A stretch of DNA of 63,484 nt, filler included, from Licmophora abbreviata (lineage: Eukaryota), in the NCBI GenBank assembly GCA_900291995.1. It is 9 parts of 9 records of this genome, joined end to end, with 100 filler letters (N's around TTAATTAATTAA, not from the genome) between each part and the next. Parts side by side here need not be neighbours in the genome. Positions count along the whole stretch, not along the records: positions 1 to 12,953 come from OLMU01004827.1; positions 13,054 to 22,042 come from OLMU01004829.1; positions 22,143 to 33,781 come from OLMU01004830.1; 6 more parts are not named here. One strand, written 5' to 3'. Under the pieces are notes generated by a model. The model ran no database searches. It had not been told where the DNA came from and saw only the letters and a list, made by a program, of their open reading frames with translations. Position 1 is the first letter of the stretch; each line of letters begins with the position of its first letter. The position numbers and the translations under genes were made by a program. Below are positions 10,638-23,181 of this stretch, piece by piece.

Positions 10638-12953
10638 ATGGAATCGCCCCCATCCCCCTCAAGGACCACCCCAGCTATCGATGCAGTTCCTAGTGGACGT
10701 GACGAGGAGGGAGGAGCCGACGAAGTGAGCATCGCCTCCTCCACATTCTCAGAACCTTTCCCTGTCGCATCGGCCCTAGCGTCTACATCCGACGATGAAG
10801 TCGGGGCAAACACTGAAGCAGCGGACGCGCAGATGACGGTTGGTCAGGCGCGCTGGGCTCACTATGCCTCTTCGAACCCGAACGGATCGGAGGGCGACGA
10901 CGACGATGACTTCAGCGCGGTCGACTCTGTGGCATCAACGTTCTCCACCCCAACGGTAGCAGCTTCTCAGTCGAATGACCTCCCATTGAAGCTCAGTCGT
11001 CGCAATCCTGGACAGGGTCAGCGGTCTGTCGGATCCTTGCGACCAATTGACGAGGATAACGTCGCGGCGACGCCTGGAGCCCACCCAGAGGCGAGTTCCA
11101 ATGTCCAGCAGATGCTGGAGCGAAAGTTTGGAGTACCTGAAACGGAAGAAAGTAGCAATCAAGAAGACGAGGCAGTGCCCCGTGATCTGCAAAGCCTACT
11201 TGAGCGCAAGTTTGAAGAGTTTGACGACGTTGAAGAGTCTAAGCACGACGACGATGATAACTCGGCCGCCACCGAGCAAGTCTCCAACACACGTCCGAGC
11301 GTGGCGTCAACTGCTCAGCCAGTTTCCTCCCGCTCGTTCCAGAGCACCAACTCGTCTGCAGGTGAATCTGTTGAGTCGTCAGAGCGCTCTGGGTACCTCC
11401 AAGAGAACCGTGCCCCTATTGCTCTTACTCGTACAAATCGACGTCGCTCTACGCACGCCATTCTAGGGAACCAAGCCTTGGACGACCAGGGCCGTACGCT
11501 TTCCCCGACTGAGCTCAAGGAACTCTGGGCCAAGACAGGCATGTGTACCGAATGCGGTCGTGTCAAGACACACGAGAAGGTTAAGGTTGGCCTCTTCTGG
11601 GCATTTCGTAGGATGGTACCACTGACGACTCGAGGACAAGCATACAAGGGATACTGTCTTTTCTGCTACGACGTTGAAGACTTGAGGCGTCTCTTGAATG
11701 AGCCTGGTCTCAAAGAAGAGGACGTTCCTCGCGCAGCTACAGCGATGATGCTTTTGCGCAACACGTCCGTGCGCAACCTCAACACAGGCGGTGGCGGCAC
11801 CGCCGCACTTCAAACACGCCGTGCTTCCAATGTGGCTCTTCGAAGGCAATCTATTCAAGACGTGCAAGAGGCCTCCGTTGCCGTGGCATCACTAGATACT
11901 GATCCCTCCGAGCAAGACAAGTCTTTCCGGTCCCTGCTAACTAACTGGAAAATTCTCCTTGGTCTCGGCATCTTTCTGATGCTTCTTATTGGCGTAGTAA
12001 TTGGGGCCGTGCTGGTTCTCGGGGGAGGTGACAGTCAACCAGCGACGAACCCTCCTGGGACCCGACCGCCCACTTTCCCTCCGACACCAGCCCCCACCCC
12101 ACCGCCCATCGCATCTTCTCTATTCTGGCAACAGACGGGTGCTGATATTGCTGGAGTGGCTGAGAGCTTTGGTCACATTTTATCGCTCTCCCAGTATGGC
12201 AAACGAATGGCGGTCTCGTCGCCAAATGCTGTCGGCGGTGGCCGAGTCGACGTCTACGAGCAAACCACCGTTGATGAGCGCGAAGAGTGGCTGCCTCTGG
12301 GCGATCCCATTTTTGGGTGGCAGATGGAGAGCTGGCTGGATTTGGAATGGCCCTGTCGTCAGATGGAACTACACTTATCGTGGGATATCCCGGGTCCGAA
12401 AGAGGACATGTGCGTGTCTTTCGCTTCTCCGAGGCTAGTCTCTCCTGGCTCCCGTTGGGCGAAACACTCTACGGTCTGGTTTACGATAGTGAATTTGGCT
12501 ATTCTGTCGATCTCAATTACGATGGCAGTGTCATTGCCATCGGAGCCCCCAAGCATATTGACGACAGCAATCCCTTCGACATCACCACTCCCGGCATGGT
12601 CCAAACCTTCCGACTTCATGCCGAAGATTTAGTGTACGTTCGCCAAGGCCAGGAGTACCTCATTGGTGAGGGCGATGGAGACATGTTCGGCGCATCGGTC
12701 AAGATTGACAACAATGGGAACTTCATGGCAGTTGGAGCCCCTGGTAGCGACGAACGGCTCGAGGACGGTGGCCAAGTGCACTTGTGGACGTATATTCCCG
12801 ACGAGTGGCTCGAGCCCTTGAACTTTCCGCTCGTCGGCAGGAACACGGGTGATCGGCTTGGCACCAGTGTCTCACTGGATGGCGCTGGATATACAGTGGT
12901 GTCCAGTGCCGTCGATGCCGAAGTCTATGGCGTTCCAGGAGCCGGCGACATAT
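10638..12953 (+). CDS. Type II membrane protein with cytosolic Cys/His motif and extracellular FG-GAP (integrin-alpha-like) propeller; frameshifted and cut off at the gap
   Basis: Acidic disordered N-terminus, CTECGRVKTH...YKGYCLFC, TM helix (ILLGLGIFLMLLIGVVIGAVLVLG), Pro-rich linker, then repeats FGHILSLS..GKRMAV, FGMALSSDG..LIVGYP, FGYSVDL..IAIGAP, FGASV..MAVGAP. Frame changes at ~12315. Confidence 0.75.
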
Positions 12954-13053
12954 NNNNNNNNNNNNNNNNNNNNNNNNNNNNNNNNNNNNNNNNNNNNTTA
13001 ATTAATTAANNNNNNNNNNNNNNNNNNNNNNNNNNNNNNNNNNNNNNNNNNNN
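12954..13053. other. Artificial assembly spacer
   Basis: 44 N + TTAATTAATTAA (stop codons in all six frames) + 44 N. Confidence 0.98.
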
Positions 13054-13494
13054 TAGCAATGGATCCGGAAACCATAAAGCTGATGATTCGGACCAGCGAT
13101 TGAAGCAGATGACGTGTCCAGACGCCGCGATCTCCCAGAGCCACAAAAATCTTGTCACAAGCCGATCACCACAAGGTAAAGCTCTGCTTCAAGGAAGCCT
13201 CATCAGTATCGCCATCTCGCTTCAAGTGAACGGAAAGAGGTTGAGAGTTTATCAACCAGAGCCCGATAAGAGTCTAGAGTCTTCTTGAAGTTTTTGGCTA
13301 GTGCAGATTGGCCTGTTTGGGGAGATAGGTGAGAAAAGGCACACGACAACAGAGTTCGCCTACCAGGTATTTTGTTTCAGATTTCAATCCAGAAGATGTC
13401 AGTTTTGAGTTTTGGCTCACACATGTTTTTACGCCGAACCCGATGGAAACGTTCCAGACTTCATTCCTCTGTCTTCATTGTACTCGCTGAGAGA

Positions 13495-15690
13495 ATGAAA
13501 TTTGTTGTCGAAGCCGCGTGGTTTGTCGCAGTGGGCTTGTTGGGCTGTTCTCTGTCGCACGTGTCAGCCTTTGCATCGACGGCACGAGCTTTTCGCTCTA
13601 CTGCTGGCATCAGCAGTACGCCTCTCTTTGTCAGCACTGGCAACATTGGATTGGGACCTGCCGAGGACCAGAGCATAGAGAAAGCGCAGCTCGTGGAAGG
13701 AGTAGACTATGAAATTCCCAATCACGAAGAATATCGTACCTCACGCCGTAGTAAGGTGGACGAACAGTGCGATCGGTGGTTTGGGACACTCCTGGGCACC
13801 GACGAGGATGGTGTTATGGTGCTCGGAGGACTAGCAACCGAGGCTCTGGACAAGTTGTTGACTCCTGTTAAACTTAAGAATGAGGTGAGAGAGGGAGTGC
13901 CGGTCGGAGTGATGGAGTGCCCGTGTGAACGTTCCTTACCTGATTCACCCTTCTACCGTAGGAAATGTTGCCGCGCGACGACGAGGAATGGACCCCCTAT
14001 GTCAGTACCAAGCTTCCCTGGACGCCATTGGTACCCGCCTTTGGACTAGAGGAATACGGGCTACCCATTCCGCGACGAAACGCAGAAACATGGCGAAACT
14101 TTGATGTGATCGGCATGGTGGAAACAGATTATTCGGGATCGCCACAGGCAGTCGGTGAGTCTCGGACATAGCATCGGCGCCATTGCCTCGCTATGAGTGC
14201 TACGAACAACCTGACCAATCTTTGAAATTCTTTTATCCGAAGAATCGGACTTAGAACTCAGCGCTGAAAGGGTGGAAAAGTACTCGCAGAGCTTGAAAGA
14301 CAATGGCGGATGGTTGGACGATGATGCGTGCACCGCGCGCTTAGTTTATGTCAATGGTCGCTTCAGTCCCCAGCTATCGAAAACTACCGAACAGGCTCGT
14401 AATGTGCGAGATATTGAGGCCGAATCAGACGAATTCCGAGCGTGTTTGGCGAGACTGCCCGATGGATTTACCGACGAGCTGGCGGCACCGGTGCCGAGTG
14501 GAGATGACGAGTTTCTAACATCATACGAGAATTTGAGCGGTCCCGATCACAACGTAGGAGACCCAACAAGCCAGTTTGCAATCAATGGACAGCTCGGAAC
14601 GGCCTGTTTTGCTGCACTCAATACGATTCGCACAGGAGGCGTTGCATATGTTCACCAGCTTGCGGGAACAGACGCTATGACAAAGCCTGTGCTTGTGGTA
14701 AATGCCGTGACGAAGGATGGAGGTGCGGACTCCTCACTAGGCTCGTCCACGGGTGTCGCGTACCACCCACGCACACTTGCAATTGCAGATGAAAACTCAA
14801 CGTTGTCCATTGTCCAGTCCATGGTGGACCTTGACGAGGAGGGGGACCACCGCGCGAAACTGTGCAATGGATACACTCAGATGTTCATCAAAGGAGGAGC
14901 AAACGTGACTCATTCCTTTCTAGAAGAAAGTGGTGGCATGCCGACATCTGGGACAGAGGTAAATGACGAGGACTTAGAAGAAGGAGTGACACCACCTCGT
15001 GAAATCGAGGCAGAGCGCAAGGAGCTGCAGGATACCGTTTTGGAAGCACTGGACGTATATGTGACTGGGGATGACGGTAGCTACAAGGGGAGCCTCATGG
15101 CGACTGGGGGCAGTGGACGTGTCCGTGTAGGCATGTCAGTCTGCCTACTTCGTCCAGGCTCGGACGCGTCCGTCAATGGCTTCTCTCTTGTCGGTGGGGC
15201 ACAACGATGCGATATGAAGACGTGCATTCATCATGTGGCCCAGGGCACAACAAGTCGACAAGACCAAAGAAACATGATTGGCGGGCGTGCAACAGGAGCA
15301 TTCCGTGGGCGTATTCGAGTAGAACAGAGCGCCCAGCAGACAGACAGCGAGCAATTGTCGCGTACAATCTTGTTGAGCGACAGGTCGCGCGCATGGGCAG
15401 TGCCTTCACTCGAGATTATTGCCGACGATGTCCAGTGCGCGCACGGAGCGACCGTATCTGATCTTTCGGAGGAAGAGCTGTTTTACCTTCGGTCTCGTGG
15501 CATAGATCGTGCGCTTTCACGGAACTTGCTCATGTACGCGTTTGCGGGAGACATAACAAGACACGTTGAGCCGAGGATGATGGGTGCTGTCGATAGCGAC
15601 GTGGGATTGCAAAAACGAGTCATCAAACGGCTCGAAAATCTTGTGCCTCAGGGCGAACGAGCTATCAGAGGCGAGTTCCAGAGCGTCTAA
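13495..15690 (+). CDS. sufD: Plastid SUF Fe-S cluster assembly protein SufD
   Basis: Bipartite presequence (..VSAFAS). Introns 13885..13961 and 14155..14242 join the three ORFs in frame. Motifs FRGRIRVEQSAQQTDSEQL and PSLEIIADDVQCAHGATVSDLSEEELFYLRSRGI. Confidence 0.93.
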
Positions 15691-15862
15691 CAAATAAAAG
15701 AAAAAGGAAACTATGCGCAAGATAGTCCCAAGACGATCGTGGACAAGTTGAGCAAGGTTTTGTAAGCTTTATCGTTTACTTCAAATAGAGTAGGGCAGCG
15801 ATCGGCTCTTTTGCTCGGATCCAGATGACGCATGAGCAGCCTTTCGTGCGTCTCGAACATCA

Positions 15863-16819
15863 TCACCATGGCTCGTCCACTGTGGTGTCTGGAGTCACGG
15901 TCGATACAAATGAGCTCGCGTATGTGGTGGGTGCATGGTGTCGACAGCGATTCTGGTGAACACTGCATGGGCGTGTCTCGACAGTAGATGATATCTTGCA
16001 GAGCATCATGGCAGCAAACACGTCTTCGCGATCACAAGGAACCGCCCGTGGGCGAACCACTGACGCCGTAGCTCTTGACGATGGTGCTACCTGCGTGATG
16101 GGCTTGAAGCTATGCCGTACGGCAAACGAATTCGGTGCACCAAATTCAGCTTGAAAGATAACCTCGGAGGGTTTAGATGGGGGCATGAGGGAGGAAGGGC
16201 CTGTTCCGTCGAGAGGCTCGCGTGGCTTGGAGAGTGTGCAGCTGGCATTTCGTCGAGACTGTGCAAAAAGCGCATCGTTTTCCTTCTTAGAGGTGTCCGT
16301 GGAACGAAAGGTAACACCCTTCGCTGGCACTGACGCGTTCTTCAAAGCTCGCTTGGAGTTGTGGGGAATCGAGAGAGTAAAGACATCTTCTCCTGCTGCT
16401 TGGCGCGCCATCACTTTCTGTGCGTGGCTCTTGATCTGCGTGCGTGATCTATAGAAACAAGAACGGTGAAGAATCGCACCATGAGCAACGATTAGCGAAC
16501 ACATAGGTCCCACGGCACTGTTTCAAGCACTTCTATCGTTCTTTCTGTGCACATAGAGGGAAGCGTCCTCTGTCCGTGCCTGTGGCTGCTTTGACTAGCC
16601 GCCACTACAGAAGCTCACTAGCAGTCGTACGTACCGGGTCGTGAGAACCGAGCCGATCTTCTTCCACTTGCCACGGCCATATTGGCGGAAGCCTATGAGA
16701 AAGAGTCTCTTTTCCTCATCGCTCCATGTGCCTTTGTTGTAGAAGCTCTCGTTCTGTTGATCGCGGAGGTGCTTGCCGTTGGGTAACATCGTGGGATGCC
16801 CTGCTGTCATTGGTGACAT
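15863..16819 (-). CDS. Single-repeat Myb/SANT transcription factor (SHAQKYF class)
   Basis: GTWSDEEKRLFLIGFRQYGRGKWKKI..TR, intron 16449..16634, then SRTQIKSHAQK. Confidence 0.88.
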
Positions 16820-17429
16820 CTCGCGGAGTTTGACAGCTAGCGGCGTGGTGCAGTGTGTGGGATGAAAGAACCAAACATAGGCGAGAGCAAAGATGCTGCG
16901 GAGGGATGACTCGAACCATGCCGCTTCAAAAAGTGGGGCAGTCCTACTACGATCATCTCTAAGTACCACGAAGGTACTTAGGAGGCGGCATCCATGTTCA
17001 AATCTTTGGCGGGAACTTTGGCGCGCCAGAAAATTTCGACTCCCTCTCAACGTGCGAACACATCACTTTGCGCGGTGGCCAACTATGCTGACTGGTATCG
17101 CAGTCCGCGGTTCGCTTGAGAGAGAACGAGATGGCAGCGGAGAGAGAGCTCATCGTCGCCGAGCCATCACTGATGCATCAGGGGCGATTTTTGCTGCGAT
17201 CTGCGATGCCATCGATCGCGTGAGACGTGTGTGAGCTCCTATTGTTCGAGCTCGAACGCTTATAGCCTATTTCAGGGCACGAAAGGTGTTGCTTGGGAGC
17301 TACCGGCATACACTGCTACAACCTTTACAGTTTATTCGTAGCACAACCTTCTCTCTATCACATACGACATCCTTCTCGTTCAGCTGTCCAGACAACCAAG
17401 ACTACCGGTACTCCTGTGCCTACACGCCC

Positions 17430-19020
17430 TTACTTCTTTTTGGCGGCCGTCACATTGTGCATAAAAACGACAATGTCTCCCTCTTGCATGACGTACGTCT
17501 TTCCTTCTTGTCGATACTTTCCGGCTTCTTTTACTTTCGCCATACTCGCCTGTCCTTGATGGACAGCCTTAAAGTCGTCAAAGTTGCATACTTCCGCCTT
17601 GATGAAACCACGTTCAAAGTCAGTATGAATTACTCCAGCTGCTTGTGGTGCAAGAGTGCCCTTTTGAATAGTCCACGCGCGCACTTCCTTAGGACCGGCC
17701 GTATAGAAACTCTGCAGACACAACGCAGAACGACCCGAACGAATGATGCGCGGAATCATGGACTTGACTTCAGCCTGCGGTCCCTTGAGACCAAGTCCCT
17801 TGGCTTCGTCAGTACATTGCTGCAGGAAGGCTGTTTGATTGGCGGGATGGAAGCAGTGACGAGTGAGTCCAGCTCTAGTCACAGCAGATTTCGCTTTCAC
17901 TCCTATTAGGTGTTCTTACCCTTCTGCTGCTCGGGGTCTTCCTTCAGGTCGTACAAGCTTTGTTCGAATTCACAGGAGCTAGGAATGATCTGTCCACCTC
18001 CATGCTCCTTGACCCACTCGCTAATCTTCGGTAGCCACTTGCTTCCCTTGCGAATAAAGTTCTTTTGGCTCATATTGACAATGTAAATTTGTGGTTTGGT
18101 TGTAATGAGTCCCCAATCCCGGATCAAATCCACTTCTCCCGAGGTGAATTCTCCGCTTTGGACGGGAGTGATCTTGTCCAATAGATCCTTGCACTTCTTA
18201 TAGGCACTTTGAAATATTTCCGAGAGTGGGACTTCCTCTTTTGCGCGAGAGAGTCCTTTTTCTTTCCGAACGCGTTCCTTTTCACGCTCCAACACCTTGC
18301 CCATCGTCTCCTGATCCTTCAAACAGAGCTCACTAGTGATGGTTTCCATGTCCCGAATCGGATCGACACTGTCATCGACGTGGATGACTTCATCGCTATC
18401 AAAGGCACGCACCAAATGATAAATACCATCGACACTGGCAATGTGTGATAAGAAAGCATTGCCGAGACCCGCTCCTTCGCTGGCACCTCGAATTAGTCCG
18501 GCAATGTCCACCACCTTGAGGACAGCAGGGACGACACTGGGTGGCTTCCAGCAGTCTGACAGATATCGGAACTTTTGATCGGGGACTACACATTGCGTGA
18601 TATTAGGATCAATTGTACAAAACTGAGAAACGAGGAAGAGAGAGGAATGAGGTCAATGCTTGCCGAACTCAGGCGCAGGGCGGCGGGTTGACTTTTAATG
18701 ATACTTCGTACGAGTATGACACAAAATTATTCGTACTTACGGGGTAGTTGGCGGCGTCCGCGTGCATGTTGCCGGCAATCAAGTTTGTCAGCGTACTCTT
18801 TCCGACCTAAAAAAGGAGCACAGAAAGAGGTCAATCAGTGAGCATCCCAGGGACAATAAGGTGATTGACTTCTACTGCACTCTAGTAGCCCCAGGACGCC
18901 GCTTACATTTGGTAGTCCAACAAAACCCATTCGGAGGTCATTCTTCACGCGGCCAAAACGAGCCGCACGCATCGCGCCCAGATCTTCGGACTCATCCTTA
19001 TTCTTCTTCTTGGGAGGCAT
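17430..19020 (-). CDS. OLA1: Obg-like ATPase OLA1/YchF (multi-exon)
   Basis: MGFVGLPNV/GKST, DIAGLIRGASEGAGLGNAFLSHI, TGS-region APQAAGVIHTDFERGFIKAEV and GKYRQEGKTYVMQEGDI; several GT-AG introns. Confidence 0.95.
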
Positions 19021-19503
19021 GGTGTTGAGAGATGGGGACTAGAGAAGAGTAGCTGTATTTGAAACAACAAACTGCTCGTTGCCGATGTCCCGCAAAAGAT
19101 CGATCACGACAACAACACGCTTGAAATGTGAAATGGCATTCGAGTTCCAAATTTCGCGGCAGTAGAAAAGTAGCGTAGACTTGAGCGGCAGAAAATGATG
19201 GGCTGTCATTGCTTCTTAGGAAAGGTGTCGACGGAAGGACGCCACCAAGGCGATGAAAGGTTGAGTCGAGTGAGTCGACGTCATGGTTATTTTTGAGTCA
19301 TAGAAGTCGATCTCCATCTCGCACGTGCCGTACAAAACATACCATGTCAACACGCACGTGTTTCCTGTTGCGTGTGTTACGCTTGTCCCGGACGACCGCG
19401 CAAACTGCTCTCACTTTTTCTCGTTCGTTGCAATGCTATTGTCGTTGTTTCTGTGACTATTGTTGTCTTCCTTTGATTCTCAATCTATCTATCCTGATCC
19501 ACG

Positions 19504-20996
19504 ATGACTGCGTCCAACGGCCCTTCGAATCCGGATCCCAAGATTATCGATCTTCTGAACCAGCCGTCTCCGAACGGCTCTCCCTACCTCTCGTTGGAGT
19601 ACTTTCCTCCCAAGACCGATGAGGGAGTCAAGGTGCGTGTGTGTCGTCTCGGATCATTCCATGAATGTCAGATTGATGCGTTCTGACGAGTCCTATCATA
19701 CTGACCTATTTACTGCTCTACCTCCACTGCCCCTTTCAGAACCTCCATTCGCGCATGGACCGCATGCTCGAAGCCTGCACGCCTCTCTTTACCGACATGA
19801 CGTGGGGTGCCGGTGGTTCCACGGCCGACTTGAGTCTACAGCTTGCCTTGTACGCTCACAATCACGGACACGTCAGCAACATGCATCTTACCTGCACCAA
19901 CATGGATCACCCCTCCGGTGACGCAAAAATGGCTGTCCACGAGGCTCTCACGTCTGCTCACAATGGAGGCATTCGCAACATTGTCGCCTTGCGGGGTGAC
20001 CCTCCGGCTGGAGAGGAGGAGTGGAAGGCCACGGAGGGTGGATTTACGTGTGCCTTAGATCTTGTTGCGTACATTCGAGAGCACTTTGGCCAGGATTTTG
20101 GAATCTCGGTTGCGGGGTACCCGGAAGGACATCCCAATGCCATTAGTGAAGTGCAAGAAGGGGAAGAGCTCACCCCGAGTGAGCAGGCGCGTGCAAGTCA
20201 GTTTGACGGGAAAACCTATGTCTGCAAGGATGAGGATTACAAGAAGGAGATGGACTACTTGAAGAAGAAAATTGATGCAGGAGCAGGTGAGGCTCAGTGT
20301 GCGATGTCTTTGTTGCATGGCCTGGGTCGCACACACTATTGGTTTGTATCGCTCCCGGTACTCGAACTCACGCACGCTCTCTTTCTCTGAACCTCCAATC
20401 GCTTCTTATTTTTTGAATCAGATTTTATCATTACCCAAATGTTCTTTGACGTCGGAGTGTTCAACACGTTCGTATCACAGTGTCGAGCATGGGGAATCGA
20501 CGTCCCCATTGTACCTGGACTTATGTGCATTAACGGCTATGGTGGCTTTCGAAAGATGACCAAGTTTTGCAAAACGCGCGTCCCCGACTGGTTGGATGTC
20601 AAGATGGAAAGCATCAAGGACGATGCAGCTGCCGTCAAGGCCTATGGGATTGAGTTCGGGGCCAAGGTGTGTCGGGAGTTGGGTGAGAGCGGAGTCAAGG
20701 TCTTACACTTTTACACCCTCAACTTGGAAAAGGTCGTGTACGGAGTTATGGATGCTCTTGGATTGAGTTCCGAATCGCTCTTGGATAAGGCCAACGAGAA
20801 AGATGCGAGTAGCATGGTTGCCAAGGGAAGTGCGTGGGCGCGTGTGGGAGACAGCGTCACTAGTGTGTATGGAACGGGCGTGGTGTCGGACATTCGGACG
20901 GATGGAACGCATGTCGTCGTCATGGATAAGTGGGAGCTGGCGGGTGGACAAAAGCCAACGCTCTATCTGCAAAAGGGCCAGTTTGCAAAAGCGTAA
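19504..20996 (+). CDS. MTHFR: Methylenetetrahydrofolate reductase (catalytic domain plus short C-terminal extension)
   Basis: SLEYFPPKT, DMTWGAGGST, MHLTCTN, NIVALRGDPP, VAGYPEGHP, FIITQMFFD, HFYTLNLE; introns 19633..19739 and 20287..20421. Confidence 0.95.
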
Positions 20997-21190
20997 GCAG
21001 CACCCTTTTTCTTGCGATGAGCGTTATTGATGATGACGACATGGCGACCACGTTTCTAAGCGAAGAGACGGAGTGAAATAGTGAGCTACCTTTACCATGA
21101 GAGCTACGATTTTAATGTTACGACCAATCATCCACTATGATATATACAAGCACGTGTCATCTTGTTTGCTTTTGTTGATTTCAGAAAAAG

Positions 21191-21916
21191 TCAGTACCCC
21201 ACAGATACGGCCGCACATACCACAACCATGTCATCATTTGTATCCCCCAATGCATCAATCGCAATACCACTCGGTGCTACCATGCCTCCATCTTGAATCG
21301 TGAAGTGCACTTTGCCGTAAGGAAATACATCTTGGACTTGGATCAAATCAAGAGAGGCTTGGTATTGCTTGGGGACGGCCAGGATGACACTTAGCTTGAG
21401 ACCATCGTATCCGCCCGGAACAATCTTGGCCATGCTTGGAATGGAATTGAATTCAATAGCGTTCCGACAGGCTCGTATGGCAGCCTTGGTGGCGTTCTGG
21501 CCATGAGAGTCGTTGCCAAAGCCTTAAATTCGTAATGATGTGTAGAGTGTACCGGGAGTTGTCGTTTTGTTAAATTCCGAGTTTGCCATTACACTAAGAG
21601 AAAACGCAAGAGCACGAACAGCTTACGCACCACATTCTACAAAGAGAACTGTTGAAAGGAAGGAGGGATCTGTTTCGTCCGTATTCTTGCTGGCGGAAAG
21701 CGACGAGGACGACATGTGGATGGGCAGTCGGAGAAGAAGCGGCACGGATGATGATAGAGCAGGTGCTGCTGGACGCCTAACACAGGCAGCTAGACTGCGA
21801 CAGAAGAGTTGAGAATAGGGGATGACGATGAGGCAGATCAAAAGTCGAAAAATCAATCTCGTGTGGTGATGAGGAAAAAGAACAAGATATGGTCGCCGGC
21901 GCTGGTGTGTCACCAT
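21191..21916 (-). CDS. Lin0512-family protein
   Basis: LFVECG, intron, then FGNDSHGQNATKAAIRACRNAIEFNSIP...GGMVAPSG...MVVVCAAVSVGY. The start codon is uncertain. Confidence 0.8.
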
Positions 21917-22042
21917 GGTCGCGATGAATCGTCGGCACTGTTGGAAGAGTTAGTTTTGACCTAGGGCAGACTGGTACCAGCGGACAGACCAAGAAACATC
22001 AAGAGAACGTTCCTCCCAAAATAGTAAGTGGTAACGCAATCG

Positions 22043-22142
22043 NNNNNNNNNNNNNNNNNNNNNNNNNNNNNNNNNNNNNNNNNNNNTTAATTAATTAANN
22101 NNNNNNNNNNNNNNNNNNNNNNNNNNNNNNNNNNNNNNNNNN
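22043..22142. other. Artificial assembly spacer
   Basis: 44 N + TTAATTAATTAA + 44 N. Confidence 0.98.
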
Positions 22143-22161
22143 CTGTCTTCGGCTTGCAATC

Positions 22162-23004
22162 GTGATCCTTGCGGTCTTTCACCATGCATCAGCTATAGCA
22201 GATATCATGGAGGGTGCACAACGACAGAGGCATGGCACGGGGCATGATGTGTCAGTCGGGCGCCAGCTCCTGGGGGCATCACCACGACGAGGGCGACACT
22301 CTCGTTGTTGTGAAGCTGCTAATCTTTCCTTACGAGCATCGTCTACTCTGCTGGCTTTTGCATCACCGTTAACAGAACAGCTTTCGACGCTTTTTGTCAA
22401 CATCGACCCACTCTTCGTCTGGGGCTTGAGACTCACGTCGGCACTCGTCGGCTATGTCGGCTGTCTCTCGTACCTCGATCGACCTCGCGGTCAATTGATG
22501 CAAGATGCAGACTCTCTCCTTGAGATCAAACAATCCACGGTCCAGGGTGCTGGTCTGGGTCTCTTTGTGGGGAGTGCTACCAGTATCCCCAAAAACACAG
22601 TGCTGGGGACCTATCCCGGTGTACTGTTACCACTCCAACAGAATTTACCCAAGCTATCGGAGCACCCCTCCTGCGAGACCTATATTTGGCGGTTTAGTGA
22701 CAGTCGGTATATTTTGGATCCAACCGACGACTGTGGAGAACTGCAACCAGATTGTACGGGTGGAAGTCGCTACTCCTTGCCGCTGAGCATGGCACTGTGC
22801 AAGATATTAACCAAGCCAAAGCCCACCATGTTGTGTCGCGTCAATGAACCGCCGTTGGGGCGTGATGTGAACGTTTTCACCACGGAAGACTTAGATTCTC
22901 GCACTGTCACGTTTGTGCTAGAACGAGATGTGTATCCTGGAGAAGAACTGTTCATGGACTATGGAGTAACGTATGATCGAAGTCAATATGGTGGTACAAG
23001 CTAG
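22162..23004 (+). CDS. SET domain protein
   Basis: STVQGAGLGLF, LGTYPG, RVNEPP, RDVYPGEELFMDYG. The start is uncertain because it is next to a gap. Confidence 0.82.
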   Translation: MILAVFHHASAIADIMEGAQRQRHGTGHDVSVGRQLLGASPRRGRHSRCCEAANLSLRASSTLLAFASPLTEQLSTLFVNIDPLFVWGLRLTSALVGYVGCLSYLDRPRGQLMQDADSLLEIKQSTVQGAGLGLFVGSATSIPKNTVLGTYPGVLLPLQQNLPKLSEHPSCETYIWRFSDSRYILDPTDDCGELQPDCTGGSRYSLPLSMALCKILTKPKPTMLCRVNEPPLGRDVNVFTTEDLDSRTVTFVLERDVYPGEELFMDYGVTYDRSQYGGTS

Positions 23005-23181
23005 TAGCATCAGAAAAGTTGTAGTCTGGCCTGACGAAGTAGAAGTCGTGCTGCTTTGTTATCTCAATAGCTGCTGCAATCAACCAACAGTACCAGTAAC
23101 AGTACTTATTACTATGTCATTTTATCGTGTTATGAAGCCCATGCGATGGAGTATTTGTGATTTGCAGATGCTATCCCGTTG

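Noticed and set aside
12998..13009. TTAATTAATTAA repeated eight times as a possible biological repeat or CRISPR-like element
   Set aside because: It is always centred in 44+44 N and encodes stops in all six frames, so it is an assembly linker.
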